Of a stretch of DNA of 64,000 nucleotides, positions 1-13,800 are shown piece after piece; the stretch's first letter is position 1, and the number at the start of each line of letters is the position of its first letter. This stretch comes from Takakia lepidozioides. Its lineage: Eukaryota > Plantae > Bryophyta. The notes beneath the pieces were generated by a model. The model was not told the DNA's origin. It made no database searches and saw only the letters and a program-made list of their open reading frames with translations. The position numbers and the translations under genes are program-made. Where the stretch lies: positions 16,988,001-17,052,000 of the forward strand of contig CM060731.1 of the NCBI GenBank assembly GCA_030704615.1, given 5' to 3'.

Positions 1-999
1 TGGTATGCACACTGTCATGTTTCGACTCTGCACCGAACCAGCCTATTGGGGCTCTCTTCTGGTGTGTAAATCATAATTCCATTGTTTCAAGGATTTTGTT
101 TGCTGGAGACATGCACCTAAACGAGCCAGGCTTAGGGCAGCTTCACATGTGAGGCCAGTACCCATGATCAGTATGTGTGAATAAGGGGACAGGTCACATC
201 ATTAATGCACCTATTTTGAGTCACATATAGAGTTGATCTTGGGACCAAGATGTAATTAGGGTTGCTAAAGTATTTTACTGCATTAATGTGACTAAACACG
301 CTTATTCCTTGTATCGATTGTGGCTAAACCCATTTGGCATATGTGGCATGTTGCCACAAATCATGGGTACCCATGAAATACTGTCTTCTGAAATATTTCC
401 CTGCATGCAATCACGATTATGTGCAAGTGCCTCACATGTTCTTTTTTTGTTTCTTAATAGGGTGGTTTTACTTAGATATCAAGCTATTTCCCTTTTTCCT
501 CATAAGGCTCAAGATGGTGAGGCATACTTCCATGCATGTGTACTGTCAGAGGGAGTTGAGTAGGTTAGGAATGTAAAAAATTGCAGGTGGTGGATTAGCA
601 GCTGTCTGAAGCAGGTAGGTTAGACATATTGCAGGGCTGCATGGCTCTGGGCGGGTAGCTTTCTGACCTGGGAAAGGTGTCTGTGCACAGCTAATAGTTG
701 CTGCAGGGATGGGACCGGTGGTCGCTCTCAAGTATTTCCGCTTCACATATCGTCCAAGCGCTGTCAATGTGTTGCAGCAGTTGGAGAGACAATACTCCAG
801 CTCCATGGTAGTTGAACCTACAAAGAACTTGGATATTTCCCTGTCCATGACTCTAACGAAAACTGATCATGGCTCAGTTTACGAGCCATTACTGTGTGAG
901 TCACCCTCTTCTCAGAAGGGCACAGGGGCTCCCTCGACATCTAATTTTCTGCCCTCTAGCTTGTCGAGGGTCAGCCACCTACAAAGTAAGAACAAATAA
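1..999 (+). CDS. ALA2: P4-type phospholipid-transporting ATPase (ALA2-like), last two coding exons (<1..61, 691..999)
   Basis: 2..61 translates GMHTVMFRLCTEPAYWGSLL, followed by a GT donor at 62. After the CACAG acceptor at 690 the frame continues LIVAAGMGPVVALKYFRFTYRPSAVNVLQQLER...VYEPLL, stop at 999. This matches my recollection of the ALA2 C-terminus (MFRLC..P.YW...LIV.AGMGP..ALKYFRYTYRPS..N.LQQ.ER...VYEPLL). Confidence 0.9.
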
Positions 1000-3205
1000 A
1001 GTTCTTGACCAATTTTGCTTTTTCTATATTAGCTCACTGTTCATTATTCACGTGTACTAACTGCAGGCCATTGCCTGATGCAAGCCACTTAGATCACAAT
1101 CTGGTAAACATGTACATGGTCCTGTTAATGCTGAGTAGTCTATTGCGATTCTTGCTTGTCAAATGCATGTCAGAGATTACATCAGCCCCTGGGAGTCTAC
1201 CCCCTTTTCCACTGATTTTGCATTTCAAGTACCATAAATATTGTGTGTTTCTTTTTTCCATCCAAGTGCAAGAACTTTGTCATGCAGAATGAGGAATCTA
1301 TATGCATTATTGTATCCCGTAAGTCTTTGGGCAAACAGATTTTGCATGTCCTAATGCATGGTGAGAATGACGAGGAAAGAGTTCAGTCTACCATCAGAAA
1401 AAGAAAGAGTTGCACTTGGAAGGTCGCATTGTTGTTCAAGCAGCCACCCAATGCTTCATTTGGGTCTACCAGAGGCCTTTCGTCCTGTGTGTGAAGGTTT
1501 GAGGGCCTGTCCATTGGCAGCAGCGTCTGTTACATCCAATCTTTGGAACCAGCCCGGGCCAGGCACATTTTGGTCTATTGGACACTGTAGTACATCTGTT
1601 CTATAGCAGATGGAAACTCAGACATATACATTCGACAGTTGCACTTGTCCGTCTAGCATTGGATTTTTTTTGTGAAATTGAGATGTAGAAAATAACTTAG
1701 TGTGGGCTTACTTTCCTTCACTTCTTTTATGAGCAGACAACCATGAGTATGCTTGTAGCTATACTTCACTTTATTACAAAAGTATGTGGCACAATTGGGG
1801 GAAAAGCCAATCGTTGGGACTCAGCTGCTTAGGCAATCATGGAACTGGGATCGTAGAGGAGTAACCTGATGAGGTGACGTTAGATTTCTATATAGATGAT
1901 TTTATATCCAATCTCCTGAGGAAGTGCAGAATAAAACAGCCATGGGGTGTAGCTATGCAAAAATGATGCATGAGAGGCTTCCATCATGCTCATCCTCAGG
2001 CTGGGTAAGGAAGCTCAGGGGGCTCCACGACTTGGGCTGTTATGCATCTTAAAGGAGGTTCTGTAATGGTACATGGTCGTGAAGGCAACAACATTCATGA
2101 TTAAAATGCACCCAATGCGGTGGCAGCCTTTGAAGGACAGCCTCAAAGGCGGAAGGAGCGTTGATGGGGACATTAACCTTAGAGAGTGGGCCAGGGAATG
2201 CATGCTTAGTCTAGTTCAGCTTGAGAATCCGATTATAAGCACGTGTTATGCAAATCTCGTTGTAAAGCTTCAAATGTTGTGTTGTGTTTTGTATTGGTTT
2301 GGGACGGTGATGCATGGCGTGGTTGGCTAGAACGTAGAATGCATGTTAGCTACTAAACTCATGTTTCTTACACAATTCATCAAGGTTTCATTGATTTGGG
2401 AGGCCAACAAGTGAAGTGATAGCCGATGAAAGTTGTCCATTTTCCAAATGAAAGACAATAACCCTTCGAGGTGGAGGACCACCATACTTTATGCTTGCTT
2501 CAGCAATAGTCTTCCTCTAGATGATCGATTAATTCAACAATAGTTGGACTACAATGGCTGACATCTAGCATACACTTAAATGGCTCTAAACCCACTGCCA
2601 CTTTAAGACGACATTGTGCCTTTAACCATCGGCCATCTGTAGAATGTTGTCTCCTCTACAATATGATGGTCATTATTTACGCCATAAAAAACGAAGTACA
2701 GTTTGCTTCCCACAAAAACACCTTCAACTCTCTTAGATGACATCGGAAGCAAACAATGCAGAAAAGAACTAGCCAAGAACACTAGGGCTGCTTCCTCTAG
2801 AAGCGGTCTCCTAGTTTGGACAGTGGTGTTACCCAATCCCTGTGATGGACCATGGTTATTTTTTCCAGGCTCTTACCTCAATATGACACACAGGGCCTCT
2901 GTCCCCTTTTAGTTTATTGGCTCTCTTGTAGAGAGAGACTTTGGGGAGACATGCAAGTCAAGGGAGAAAATGTGGTCAAGGTACCATACACCGTGTCAAG
3001 GCGCTGATTGGGGCATTGTGCTGAGTCATGCTCCCTAGTCTTACCTTCCTCTTATGTTGTGCCAAAGCAAAGCAAGAGAGCCAATTGCCGTTTGAGGCTT
3101 GTTAAAAATTAAATTTTAAGCTTTGAAACCCAACCTCTTGTAAGGTGCCTTCTACCCTAACCACTAAACCATCTGCTGGTTGCTTCAAACTCACAATGCT
3201 TCACA

Positions 3206-3619
3206 CCAATGATCCCCACAAGAACAAACCCATATTGCAATTGCTTTCCATCTCCAACAACAATGGTTCAACCACTGATCTTTGAGATGAACTTGGTGGC
3301 CATTTTTTAGTCATGACTCATCAATGAACCCGAAGCCTTTCACTGTAGTGGCGAAGAGACAATCTCTTTCGCCCCTCCGCATCATGCACTACAAATTGCA
3401 TAATAAGTAGTACATAGCCTACCTCGCTCATCTGCCCAGACTATCACTTCAGCTCAACATGGATTTCCTCGATGTGCGGATGTGGCTTGTCTCCTTTAAT
3501 GAATATATATGTACAAGGTTGTCAACCTCAAGGCATCTGGACCTTTGGCACCATTCTGACACATGTGTCATCAATTTTCTCACCCTTCTTCTACATGCCA
3601 CCTGCCAACAGGTAGTGTC
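3206..3619 (-). pseudogene. Decayed E2/DYW deaminase domain downstream of the PPR stop codon
   Basis: Fragments in shifting frames: GRW, CLEVDNLVH, GDKPHPHIEEIHVELK**SGQMSEVGYV, FVVHDAEG...HYSERL, ATKFISKISG*TIVVGD, VCSCGDHW. They are collinear with the intact DYW domain at about 51540-52060. Confidence 0.85.
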
Positions 3620-6332
3620 TTATGGATCCAAGTTGAGAAGGCATTTTGCAACACTTTCTGCTACCTCCACATTGCCATGAATTCTGCAGGCGCCAAGAAC
3701 AGACGTCCTCGCCACCGCACATGGTTCAATTGGTATTTTGGTAATGAAATCCTCTGCTTCATCCAATCTGCCTGCACGGCTGAGAAGGTCCACCATGCAA
3801 CAAAAATGCTCGCCCCTAGGAGTGAGGCCATGAACTCGACTCATAGAATCGAAGTAGTGACTACCTTCAACCACTAGGCCCACATGGCTACATGCAGATA
3901 GAACAGATATGAAGGAGATATTGTCTGGCTTCAGACCTTCATGTTGCATTTGTTCAAATAGTTGCAGGGCCTCCCTACCATACCCATGCTGCCCATATCC
4001 TGCAATCATGGCGCTCCATGAGACCAAATCTCGTTCAGCCATATTGTCAAAGACTTGGCGTGCATCCTTCACACTCCCACATTTGGCATACATGTTAACA
4101 AGGGCATTCTCCAGATTGATATCTGACGCAATTCCAGCTTTGATGGAGTCAGAATGGACCGCTTTGCCTTTCTTCAGGGCTGCTAGGCTGGCGCATGCAT
4201 CAAAAACACAAATGAATGTTACCTTGTTGGGTGTCACTCCCTCTTGAATCATCCGCTCATACATCTGGAAAGCCTCCATACCACATGCATGCTGAGTATA
4301 TCCTGCAATCATCACACTCCATGACACCACATCTCGCTTAGCCATTTTGTCAAACACTAGACGCGCATCCACTAAACTCCCACATTTGGCATACATGTCG
4401 ATGAGGGTATTCGCCAGAATCATATCTGGCACAATTCCAGCTTTGATTATGTCGGAATGGATCTCTTTGCCCTTGTCCAGAGCTACTAGGCTGGCACACG
4501 CCTTGAGAACAGAAATGAAGGTGACCCTGTTGGGTGTCACCCCTTCCTGCATCATTTTTCCATAGATCTCAAATGCCTTCCTACCACACCCATACTGAGC
4601 ATATCCTGCAATCATTGCACTCCATGAGATCACATTTTGTCGGGCCATATTGTTGAATACATCACACGCATCGTTTATGCTCCCACATTTTGCATACATA
4701 TCAACCAGGGCAGTCTCCAGAACAATATCTAGCAAAATTCCAGCTTTCATGATGTCAGCATGGACCTCTTTGCCCTTTTCAAGGACTGCCAGGTTGGCAC
4801 ACACATTCAAGATGCAAACGAAAGAGACCCTGTCAGGCATCGCCCCTGCCTGTACCATGAGCTGATAGATATCGAAAGCCTCCATATCATACCCATTCTG
4901 AGAATATCCTGCCATCATTATCGTCCATGTAAACACATCTCGTTCAGACATTTTATTAAAAACTAGGCGTGCATCCACCATGCTTCTGCACTTGGCATAC
5001 ATATTGACTAGGACATTGAGTAGAAAAATGTTTGGCTTGAAACCACTCTGGATAATGTGGGCATGCACCTGCTTCCCCATTTTCAGGTTTTCAATTTTCA
5101 TGCACTCCCGTAAGAGACAGACATAAGTATTGGAGTCTGGCATAATGCCTTCTCTGTTCAAAATCTGCAGTGCCGCTCTCAGGTGTCCTGTCTTGCATAG
5201 TGTCCTCACCTGTCCACAAGAACCAGATAAGTTGTTGAGAGCAGCCAGTGCTGCTTTCACCCAAGGGGGGTTCGACCAACCCGTGATCCACAGGGCCTCA
5301 TTTGTACGCTTATGTGTGAAGTCTGGCGACCTTGGACTTTTCTGTGAAAACCACCAGTGGGAGCAGAGCAGCTCGATCTTCAACCATAGCCTTGCATAGA
5401 CCAGGCTAATACCATCAGACCTCCAACTATTTTGAACTTAAAGGGAACAAGCCTTAAAAACCTGCTGATACTAACAGTAAGGACCGCTTCTGCTGCTTTT
5501 AGGTGACATAGTCTTTGAGGGACTGACATACAATCCAAAACATGGCGGCTTCAATACCCACCCCTCCTTGACAAACTATTTCACCTGTCAACATAAAATA
5601 GCCTCACTTTATCAAACCTGTCGTCCCACCACTGAGAAGGGTCGGAGAAGAACTCCCGCCAGAGTTGTTCTTTGCTCTTGCATTGACCTGCGTGCAAGAA
5701 CTACAGGACAATGAGAACATGCAAGCTTCTAATTGCCTTGGTCCCGATTATGGCCTTAGTGCTTCAATCTAGATCTTGGCAGCTGCTTTTAGATTTAGTC
5801 CAGGAGGTCTAGTGTATACTTTCCATAAAGTTCAACTCACTTCCTCTCACACACTCACTCTCCCAAACAAATGCGACGAATGGAAAGTACTAAATTAATC
5901 AGAAACTGCTGCAGATCCTAACGGAGGAGGATAAGGCTGTCGATTACGCTCGGAAAAGTGAACTTTTCGACAAAGATGGTTGCAATTCTGCTTCTGAATC
6001 AAGGACAATCGACCGTGAATAGCTCCGCTGAAAAACTATGAGGGATCCATTAGTGCCCTTCATGTCTGTATACCTTTCTTCGGTATCCTCGAAGGATCAG
6101 GGGACGTTACAACCATCACTCGCAAGGGTCTGGTGCCCGAACTTGCCAAGCTGGATAAACATGTCAACTCCCCAACACGCCCTGTTGATCTGCGGCAGGA
6201 TGAGACGAATCCTTGAAGAACTGTTACCAACTTGGCCCAAAATATTCCGGCCCGTTCCCCGCAAGGAGAAGAAAGGGATTTCAGTAGGACCTCTGCCTGC
6301 AGAATCCGAAGAGCAGCGGAGCGCGCTGCCAT
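3620..6332 (-). CDS. PDF-motif + PLS-class PPR protein (exons 6332-6074, 5687-5608, 5341-3620; about 686 aa), ending after E1
   Basis: The main ORF has 14 PPR motifs (LSP x3, L, S, P2, L2, S2) plus E1. Upstream exons have phase-compatible GT-AG sites (AAAG|GTATAC; CGCAG|GT; AAA|GTGAGG; TTCACAG|AAA). Splicing gives LWREFFSDPSQWWDDRFDK-KSPRSPDFTHKRTNEALWITGWSNPPWV. Exon 1 (MAARSAALRIL...) is rich in Ala/Arg/Ser/Leu like an organellar presequence. The PPR part is certain; the exon model is inferred. Confidence 0.85.
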
Positions 6333-7854
6333 CCATGTGCTTTCTTTAGCAACTGCAATGGTGACCCATCTTGGACTTGGCCTTGGCCCCTAATGTAAAG
6401 CTACTCTCAAACTGAGTGAACAGCCCGCTGAAAAAGACATGAGCTGCAAAGACACTGTGGAAAGTAGCATAAACATTCGAAATCCCCACTACTTATAATG
6501 TCACAATCCTGGTCTCCCATTTCTATAGAGAGGCAGAACACATTCTCAATCAAGGGCTGGCTGCGTTGAGTTTAGAGATGGGAGGAAAAATCCCTGCGCC
6601 CAGCAAAATCACTTTGTAATAACAGTTTCACGAGGGCGGCAACATTCGGGAGGCGATGTCGCCCGCGCAGTAGTAGCTCATATCCCGTACACTCAGTACG
6701 GGGACCCATTTCGTCAGGATGCGATTTGGGGGCTGCATGTGCGCAGGGCAGGAGTGGCATCCGTGATGAGATTCCACATGTCCAGAAATGCGAAGGCGTT
6801 GGTTCTCAAACCACATCTCCATTAATCTCTTGTAAAACTCATACTGCTTCACAGCTTCACTGCTCCCATTTCCTTCCCTGCTCGAATCCCTCCCTCGACC
6901 GATGCATGTCCACACAAGATCCTCACCCCAGTCGTAGAGGAGATTTAAAATCAGGAGCTGCTCTATCTTTTCCCCAACTCTTGCTTCCCTCTACGGTGGA
7001 TGGAAAACTCATACTGCTGCACTCCTCCCTTTCATCTCTGCGGGGTTGAGATTCAATGCCTCATCAGCTCAGGGGAAGCCCTCTGCAATTGGAATGCGCC
7101 CAACCATGTCCAAATTCTCAGATTTGGCACACTGATCTTGCAAGGAATTTCCGTCGTGGATAGAAAACTCAATCTGCTTCATTGCTTCCTTTACTTTGAA
7201 CGGAACAGAGCTTCAACGTCTGTCTGTCTGACTCTCGCGTAAGGTGTGACGCGAGAGAGAAGACAGTGTGTGAGCCACTATCCTATCAATGAACATGATT
7301 TGGGCAATCACAATACACTGCAAAGAAGATGCTATCACTGAATGCGAAGAGACTCTTCAACTGCCTCAGGTTCTATAGAATTCAAATACCAGATTCACAC
7401 AAATGTTGTCCAACCCACTCAACTCTTGGGTCTATCAAACTTACCGAAAGATCTTAGCACACCGTCTTCGTTGGTGCTCGTTCTTGTTTGCTATTGACAT
7501 GATGAAGTTGTCGACAAGCAAGCCATGCAGAACGGAGCACACTAGCGATACACTCTCTCAACACAAAACTGGTCCATGATGATGAAGCAAACACGCAAGT
7601 TGAGTCTCTTTTCTAGTACACTGACAACATGAGAAAATCTTGCATCGGAGCACTGTGTGAAGTGACATCCAAATACCTGGTAATGTGTACCCCTTTACCA
7701 GCCCTTATCAAGACCATGACCCTATGGTCTATGATAAGTACAGATGTCTAAGTACCATAGACTTTTTGAGAGGTTTCATGATAGCACAAAAATTTGTACT
7801 TGCTACATTGATCCTCAATATGTAGGGAAGGCACCCCTGTCATCAAGAATACCA

Positions 7855-10800
7855 CTACCTATTGACCTTCTCATTCTTGTCTCTGGAGGAGATGGTGTTG
7901 GGATTGTTATTGTTGAGGGGTGCAGAACCCTGGTCATCAAGGCTTAGTTGGCGTATGTAGGAGAGCAGATGTTTCACAGTATCATCATGGGGGCCCAGCC
8001 GCCTCCGAAGAATACGTAGAGCACGGCTATAATACTTTTTTGCTGCTGGGTTATTCTTCAGCGGCACGTTGACATCTCCCAAGTACTTGAGGGTCTGTGA
8101 GTAGCATAAGATGAAGTTAGCAAACTTGTGACATGCATGTGTAATGCAACCAGTTTCCTGCCAGGGCAGATTTTCAAGATCTGTTCGAGTGTATGGGATC
8201 TGTTTGAACTGGCAGGAGAGAGAGAGAGAGAGAGAGAAACAATAGTTGATTCTAGGTATAAGATGACCCTAACACTGATACCAACTTCTATCCCTTGATT
8301 CTCTCTGCATTATCACATAATACATGAAACCTCCCCTTCCACTCTCTCTCAAATCCTTAGCATGTGATTGTCCAATTTCAATTGGCCAATGCTGCCCTTT
8401 TGAGTTAGGTTCCTTGCCTACCTCCTGTTATGGGGGGAAACAACAAATCAGATTACATTTACTGCATCAATCCAAAGAATTTTCAAATCAACATCATTTC
8501 CCAGTTTGATCCTTGACCTCTCTAACACAAATGCAAACAGAAGATAGGGCATGGACCTCGGCAACAATGACACTGCTGCCACCATACTCCTTGCGTTGGA
8601 GAGACATTAACTCCTCAAACATAGTCTTGGCTGCAGCCACCTCATTTCCATCATAAAGTGTGATAGCTTGTTGCTTTTTTACCAACAATCGGAGAGGCTC
8701 ACTGTGCCCAATGTCTTCCTTCTCTTCACAATACTTGGCTGCTTTGTCCAATACTGCAATTGAATCGTTGTATTTCTGCATATCCACAAGTACAGGTTTG
8801 GAGGAGAGGTGGGAAAAAACTGAAACCCAGCCCCCAGGAGGAAGAATATTCCATTATATCCAAGCCCGGTTGATGGTGGGTGATAGGTTGCAAGCTTACC
8901 ATAGATCCATCATATGGTGAATTGCTGTTGAGAGACTATGGAGAATGTACCCAAATTATGTAACATTTTTGTTCACCAATCATTTGAAGCAGTACAAGGC
9001 CAAGACAAGAGAAGAAAAATGTGGATGAGAGAATGGAACCCTCAGTCGGGGTTTCCAAGAAAGGCATCAGACGCTCGCTGCAAATCTTCTCACGTACGCT
9101 CACAGCACTGGGAGGTGGAACCATATTCTCAAAATCATCAATGGCCAACCTTGATTCTACATGTTGTATCATATTATTGAAGTCTTGATCACACTGCTTA
9201 ACAATCTCAAGGGCACATCTGAAATCCCAAGTGGTTAGGTTGTGCCCAAGAAATCTAACATACGTATCCTTGTAGAACCTATCAGGCAAGAGACTTGCAA
9301 AGCTAATAGAACTTCCAACCTTAATTTTGTGGTAGGTCACACCCAACTCATACTGTTGGTTTGCAACTGCCGCGTTATTAGGATTATTAGCTAGCCCCTG
9401 ACACTCAATGCCACGCTCATATAACTTTGAGGCATCCTCATCCTCGCCTTGCTTGCCTCTTGTCTGTAAATGCAACAATAACAGTTCCACATTTATCTGT
9501 GATGTTTGCTCATAAGGATAATTTGGGATAACCAAATTATGCCCAACAAATAACATAAAGACTCACTAAAGACAGAAGGGGAAGTCGAAGATAATGAAGA
9601 CTAAATGCTGTGAGGAGAGGTTTTTCCTTCGTTCCATTTGTAAAAGGTTTCCTTCCTAAGATGTGTATGTGGCTTCTTGGAACACTAGCCAAGTCTTTTC
9701 GTTGCAATAAGGAAATCTGACCACTGCCGACGACTCCTAACTGGAACTGTGAATGACATTAATACGACAGAGAGGAAAGGTGCCCATACAATAGATCCGA
9801 ATTTAGTGACACCTAGGAGGTCACTGTATTTTGGCTCTATCAGAAGTCAATGAAAACCAGGAGTGTTTCGAACTTGTCCCTTTGTTGCAGAAGGATGGAA
9901 AAGCTAAGATGGGCCACAAAGGCCACATGATTTTGTAGGTGCTAATACCATGTCTTGTACCCTCACAGATCATAGGCCAGCGCATGTATGAAATCGTCTT
10001 TGGATTGATCATTGAAAAGTCTGTCAAGAGATGTACAAATACCATTGGAGTAAAAACTAGTTGCAACGTTCTGGGATCTTGCCTTAGCCATCTTGCTGTA
10101 GAGAGGTGCCATGGCAGGGTTCTTGGCCATCGACCTTTTCATTATCTTGGGTCTCGTTCCTGGACCAGCGATCAGCTCCCATGCCTATGGCCGAGCACAA
10201 CATCCAAGTATAATTACATTTGGTATGTCACGAGCACATGTGACTTGTACCAAGAAAACACCCCTTGACAGAGGGATGCACAGAATCAACGATAGAGAGA
10301 TTCTCTCACAGAAGAGACCTTCCCTGCAGCCCATTGCATTGAGAGCTTGATCCCAAAACGGAGAGGAATTGAAATGAAATGGTACTTTATAACGTAAAGA
10401 GAGAGATGGCAACCCTTCCAAGCTCATCCATGGCTTTCTCATAGTCATCAGGTTTTTTGTCATCGCCAATATGCAATATCCCCATGTTGTTCTTTGGGTC
10501 CACAGGTCTTTTGGAGCGACCCTTCTTAGGGTTCTCCTCTGCCTCCATCATCAAGGCCCTGCAGTCACCAAGTTTGATATAGAAATCGCCAAACGCTTCA
10601 TGAATGGGGGAATTGGAAATGTCCTGCACAATGCCACATACTTCTCTGTCCTCATAACTGGATAGCTATCACTGCAAAAGACTGTGGTTCTTGTACCATA
10701 GGCCATTGGACACCCACGCATGTCATAAAGGTTTCTTTCTCTCTTTCTTAGCAACAAAGGACCAACTTTACAAAGATAGAGGCTTTTTCTTCCCTTCTCC

Positions 10801-13800
10801 ATTGGTGGCTGATGGAAGTGAAAGGCATACGGTTCAATAGAGTGGCAGGCACATTTTCATTCTAAAATGATGGGAGTCGAGTTATACATCTTCCCCATGA
10901 TTGTCATGGTTAATGACGAGAGCCCTTTGCAGGAAATTGACACACTTGGAGTCACCCCCTGTCCCATCCCTCCCCACCTAGCCGCTGTTAGTTTTGGCCA
11001 CCAACAACTGTTACAGCTTTCTTAATATCTACATGCCAAGATTGAACAACTATAATGTGCATAGCCTATATGTCAAAATTTACTGAGATGATCTGCTCGG
11101 TTCATGCTCGTCTCTTTGAAGCCTGTCAATCTAATGGCAAAGGACTTTCTGTTGTGTACTTCGAATTGTGATTAAGGCCCCTAGTGCAAAACCTTGCAAT
11201 GGAACGTCAGCTGTGAATGCCCATTAATGGTCAGTGAATATGCCCATGGAAAATTCCATCAGAGTTTTTTAATGGAAACCTGTTAACCTACGGGGCTAAG
11301 GGGTGTCCATGACTGACTATGTCTTAACAAGTCAACACAGTAAGTTCACAAAGTCTTCATCATTCAAGTGAAAATGGCTGAGCAATGAACTTAACCCAGT
11401 TTCTGGATCCTTCGATCAAGAAAACTTCAATGTCAATGGATTACTGTTCATATTGGCCAACACCCATAGCTTAGGTCATCCCACATTGAGAGCAGCAAAG
11501 AGAAAACATAGACCCTTGCCGAATGCGTTAGGGATCAAAAGCCAAAACTACCGCTGTTGAACTACAGCTTCCATGGAGCTCTCTGATTTGTTGTGGAACC
11601 TTGAGTCATAAGAAGGGGCTGTGTAGAAGGAAATCTCAGACTGGTAACCAGCTTATTCCAAAAGCAGAAGTGTGGGATGTGACTTCAGCATAGAAAGGAA
11701 CCTATGGGGGATTGAAGGAGGAGAGTTCAAGGGCATGAGTGTGTACGCATGATCATGGATCGGGCAACGGCAAGAAGGGTAGTGACAGTCAAGTCAGGGT
11801 CGCCTTCTGCTCCTCTTCTTGGATCGCACCGCTCCATTGCCTTTCACAATCAATACAGACAATTCCACTGTCAGATCCTCACTTCCAACTACCCCTGATA
11901 GCTGATCACGACTATGGGAGTGAACCATTAAAAAAGGTGTTGAGATATGACAGATATCCACCTAATGCATTCCAATAGAGACCAGACACAGGTAGATGAA
12001 CCTGCAACAATGAACGAAAAAGTCCATTAGAAGACTCTGTATTGAAAGGTATGACTAAAAACAACATCCTTCTTTGAAGTCAACTAGACCTTAGGGAGTT
12101 TGGATTTCAACACAGAGGATACATGGTGCTGAGGGGAACTTGAGGGTTAAAGAGACGGAACACCTTTTGTGCATGGAAATAAGCCTGGTCTCCAAGTCCC
12201 TGCACGACTCCATTGCATCCAAAGGAAGAATAATTCAGTACCTAGCCGGATATAATGTTAACCCAAAGTTCTCCAACTTGATTTAGTTCGTTTCCAGGTT
12301 TAAATTAGGAGTCTGCAGTTGAGGTGCAGATGAGATTATTTCAAAAAGGGGGAGCCTTTTGTAAATAACTTTGGGGAAGGCGCCTTACTATAAGAATAAA
12401 AGGCTCACCTTCTTTCAGTTTTTGAAAGCAGGAATCTCCAGATTCAAAGGTATTTAAAACATGATCTCAAGGTCTCTCCCTTGTCATGTGTAGGCTTCTC
12501 AATACTCACGAAGTGTCCAGAGACTCTAAAAAGGTCAGCATTCAAGTGGAACTGTACAAGGACTCTCTTGACCTTTCTTTCCTCCCTGCTCGAGTCCCTT
12601 TCTTCCTGCCTCAGCCGCTGGCCTATCACCAATGATGCCCAAAAAGACCATCTGACATGGAAATGGTGCCAATTGCAAGAAAATAGAAGGTATGAGACTA
12701 TCTCACACAAGACTTCCACATTTCACTTATGTGGTACCCATGAAGTTACAGCAGGAAACAGCCGTATTGAACATCAGGATGCAGGGGCACAAGTAAGTTT
12801 GAAAGAGTAACCATTTCATGATATGTGGAGCTGAGCTGGAGGTGAGCCTTCGCCAATATAACCTCTCTATCAGCAATCGTGGGATCTTCAAAACATAATT
12901 TGGCTAGTGCCAAGGCCTGTTTCTGCTGCCAAAGAAAGTCAAATTTCCACTAGAAGTCTTTCTGCAACTCCTCTTGCGAGTTTGTACATGTTCATAAGCT
13001 TAAACACGTTGATACGATTGTAAGATCTTGTGAACCCAGGACTCTACTATTACGAAGAAAGTGCTTTGAAATGGAGCCTCAACAGTGCATTTGTCATGCA
13101 ACTGAAATATTCCTTGAAACTGAGATATAGAAGAAAATCAGATGACAGTGAAATCCAAGGAGAGGGCATCCCAAGGAGGTTCCTACATTCAAGCATAGTC
13201 TTTACTCATGTATACTTTTTGGGGTCTAACCTTTGGGCTGCTCACACACAGCAGGTGAATGCGTGTGTGAAGGGCTTTCTGGAGGATATCTGGAAAGCCC
13301 GAACTAATTGTTTATATCAAGGTAAGTGACACTACTGGAGTAGGCCCCTCACAAAGGTAGAGTCTCTGTTCCCTATGTTTCCACCCAAACGGGGTCTATG
13401 GCCACAAGGCTACAGCAAACAAAGTCTTATGATTACATTCTATACTTGCATTTTTCCGGTCTCTATCCATCAATTGCCCATGTTCTAAGTACAATTTTGA
13501 CACCTGAATCTCTTTGCCAGCAGGGGTGCTGGCCAGCATGGTAGACTTATAAGGGGATACATGTTGCTATCATGGCTATCATTTGTACACGAGACTTAAA
13601 ATTTATGAATTTCTTAACTGGAGCAAGAGCATGAGGTCATGTCGTGCAACCTTTTGCTGTGTCTCAGTTCAAATGAATCAGATACTCAACGAGGTAGGTT
13701 AGAAGAACCATAGGCCACGGACCTTTGGCGAAGTATGGAACTAACTGTCACTACGATCCTCTTCTTACAGGGATTTTTTTATGTTACATGATTCATGTTG

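Noticed and set aside
1000-3200. Short ORFs between ALA2 and the DYW relic
   Set aside because: No recognisable domain or consistent splice pattern; probably UTR or intergenic.
3563-5399. Plus-strand ORFs overlapping the first PPR gene (and minus-strand ORFs over 49387-52172)
   Set aside because: Antisense shadows of repetitive PPR coding sequence with no independent motifs.
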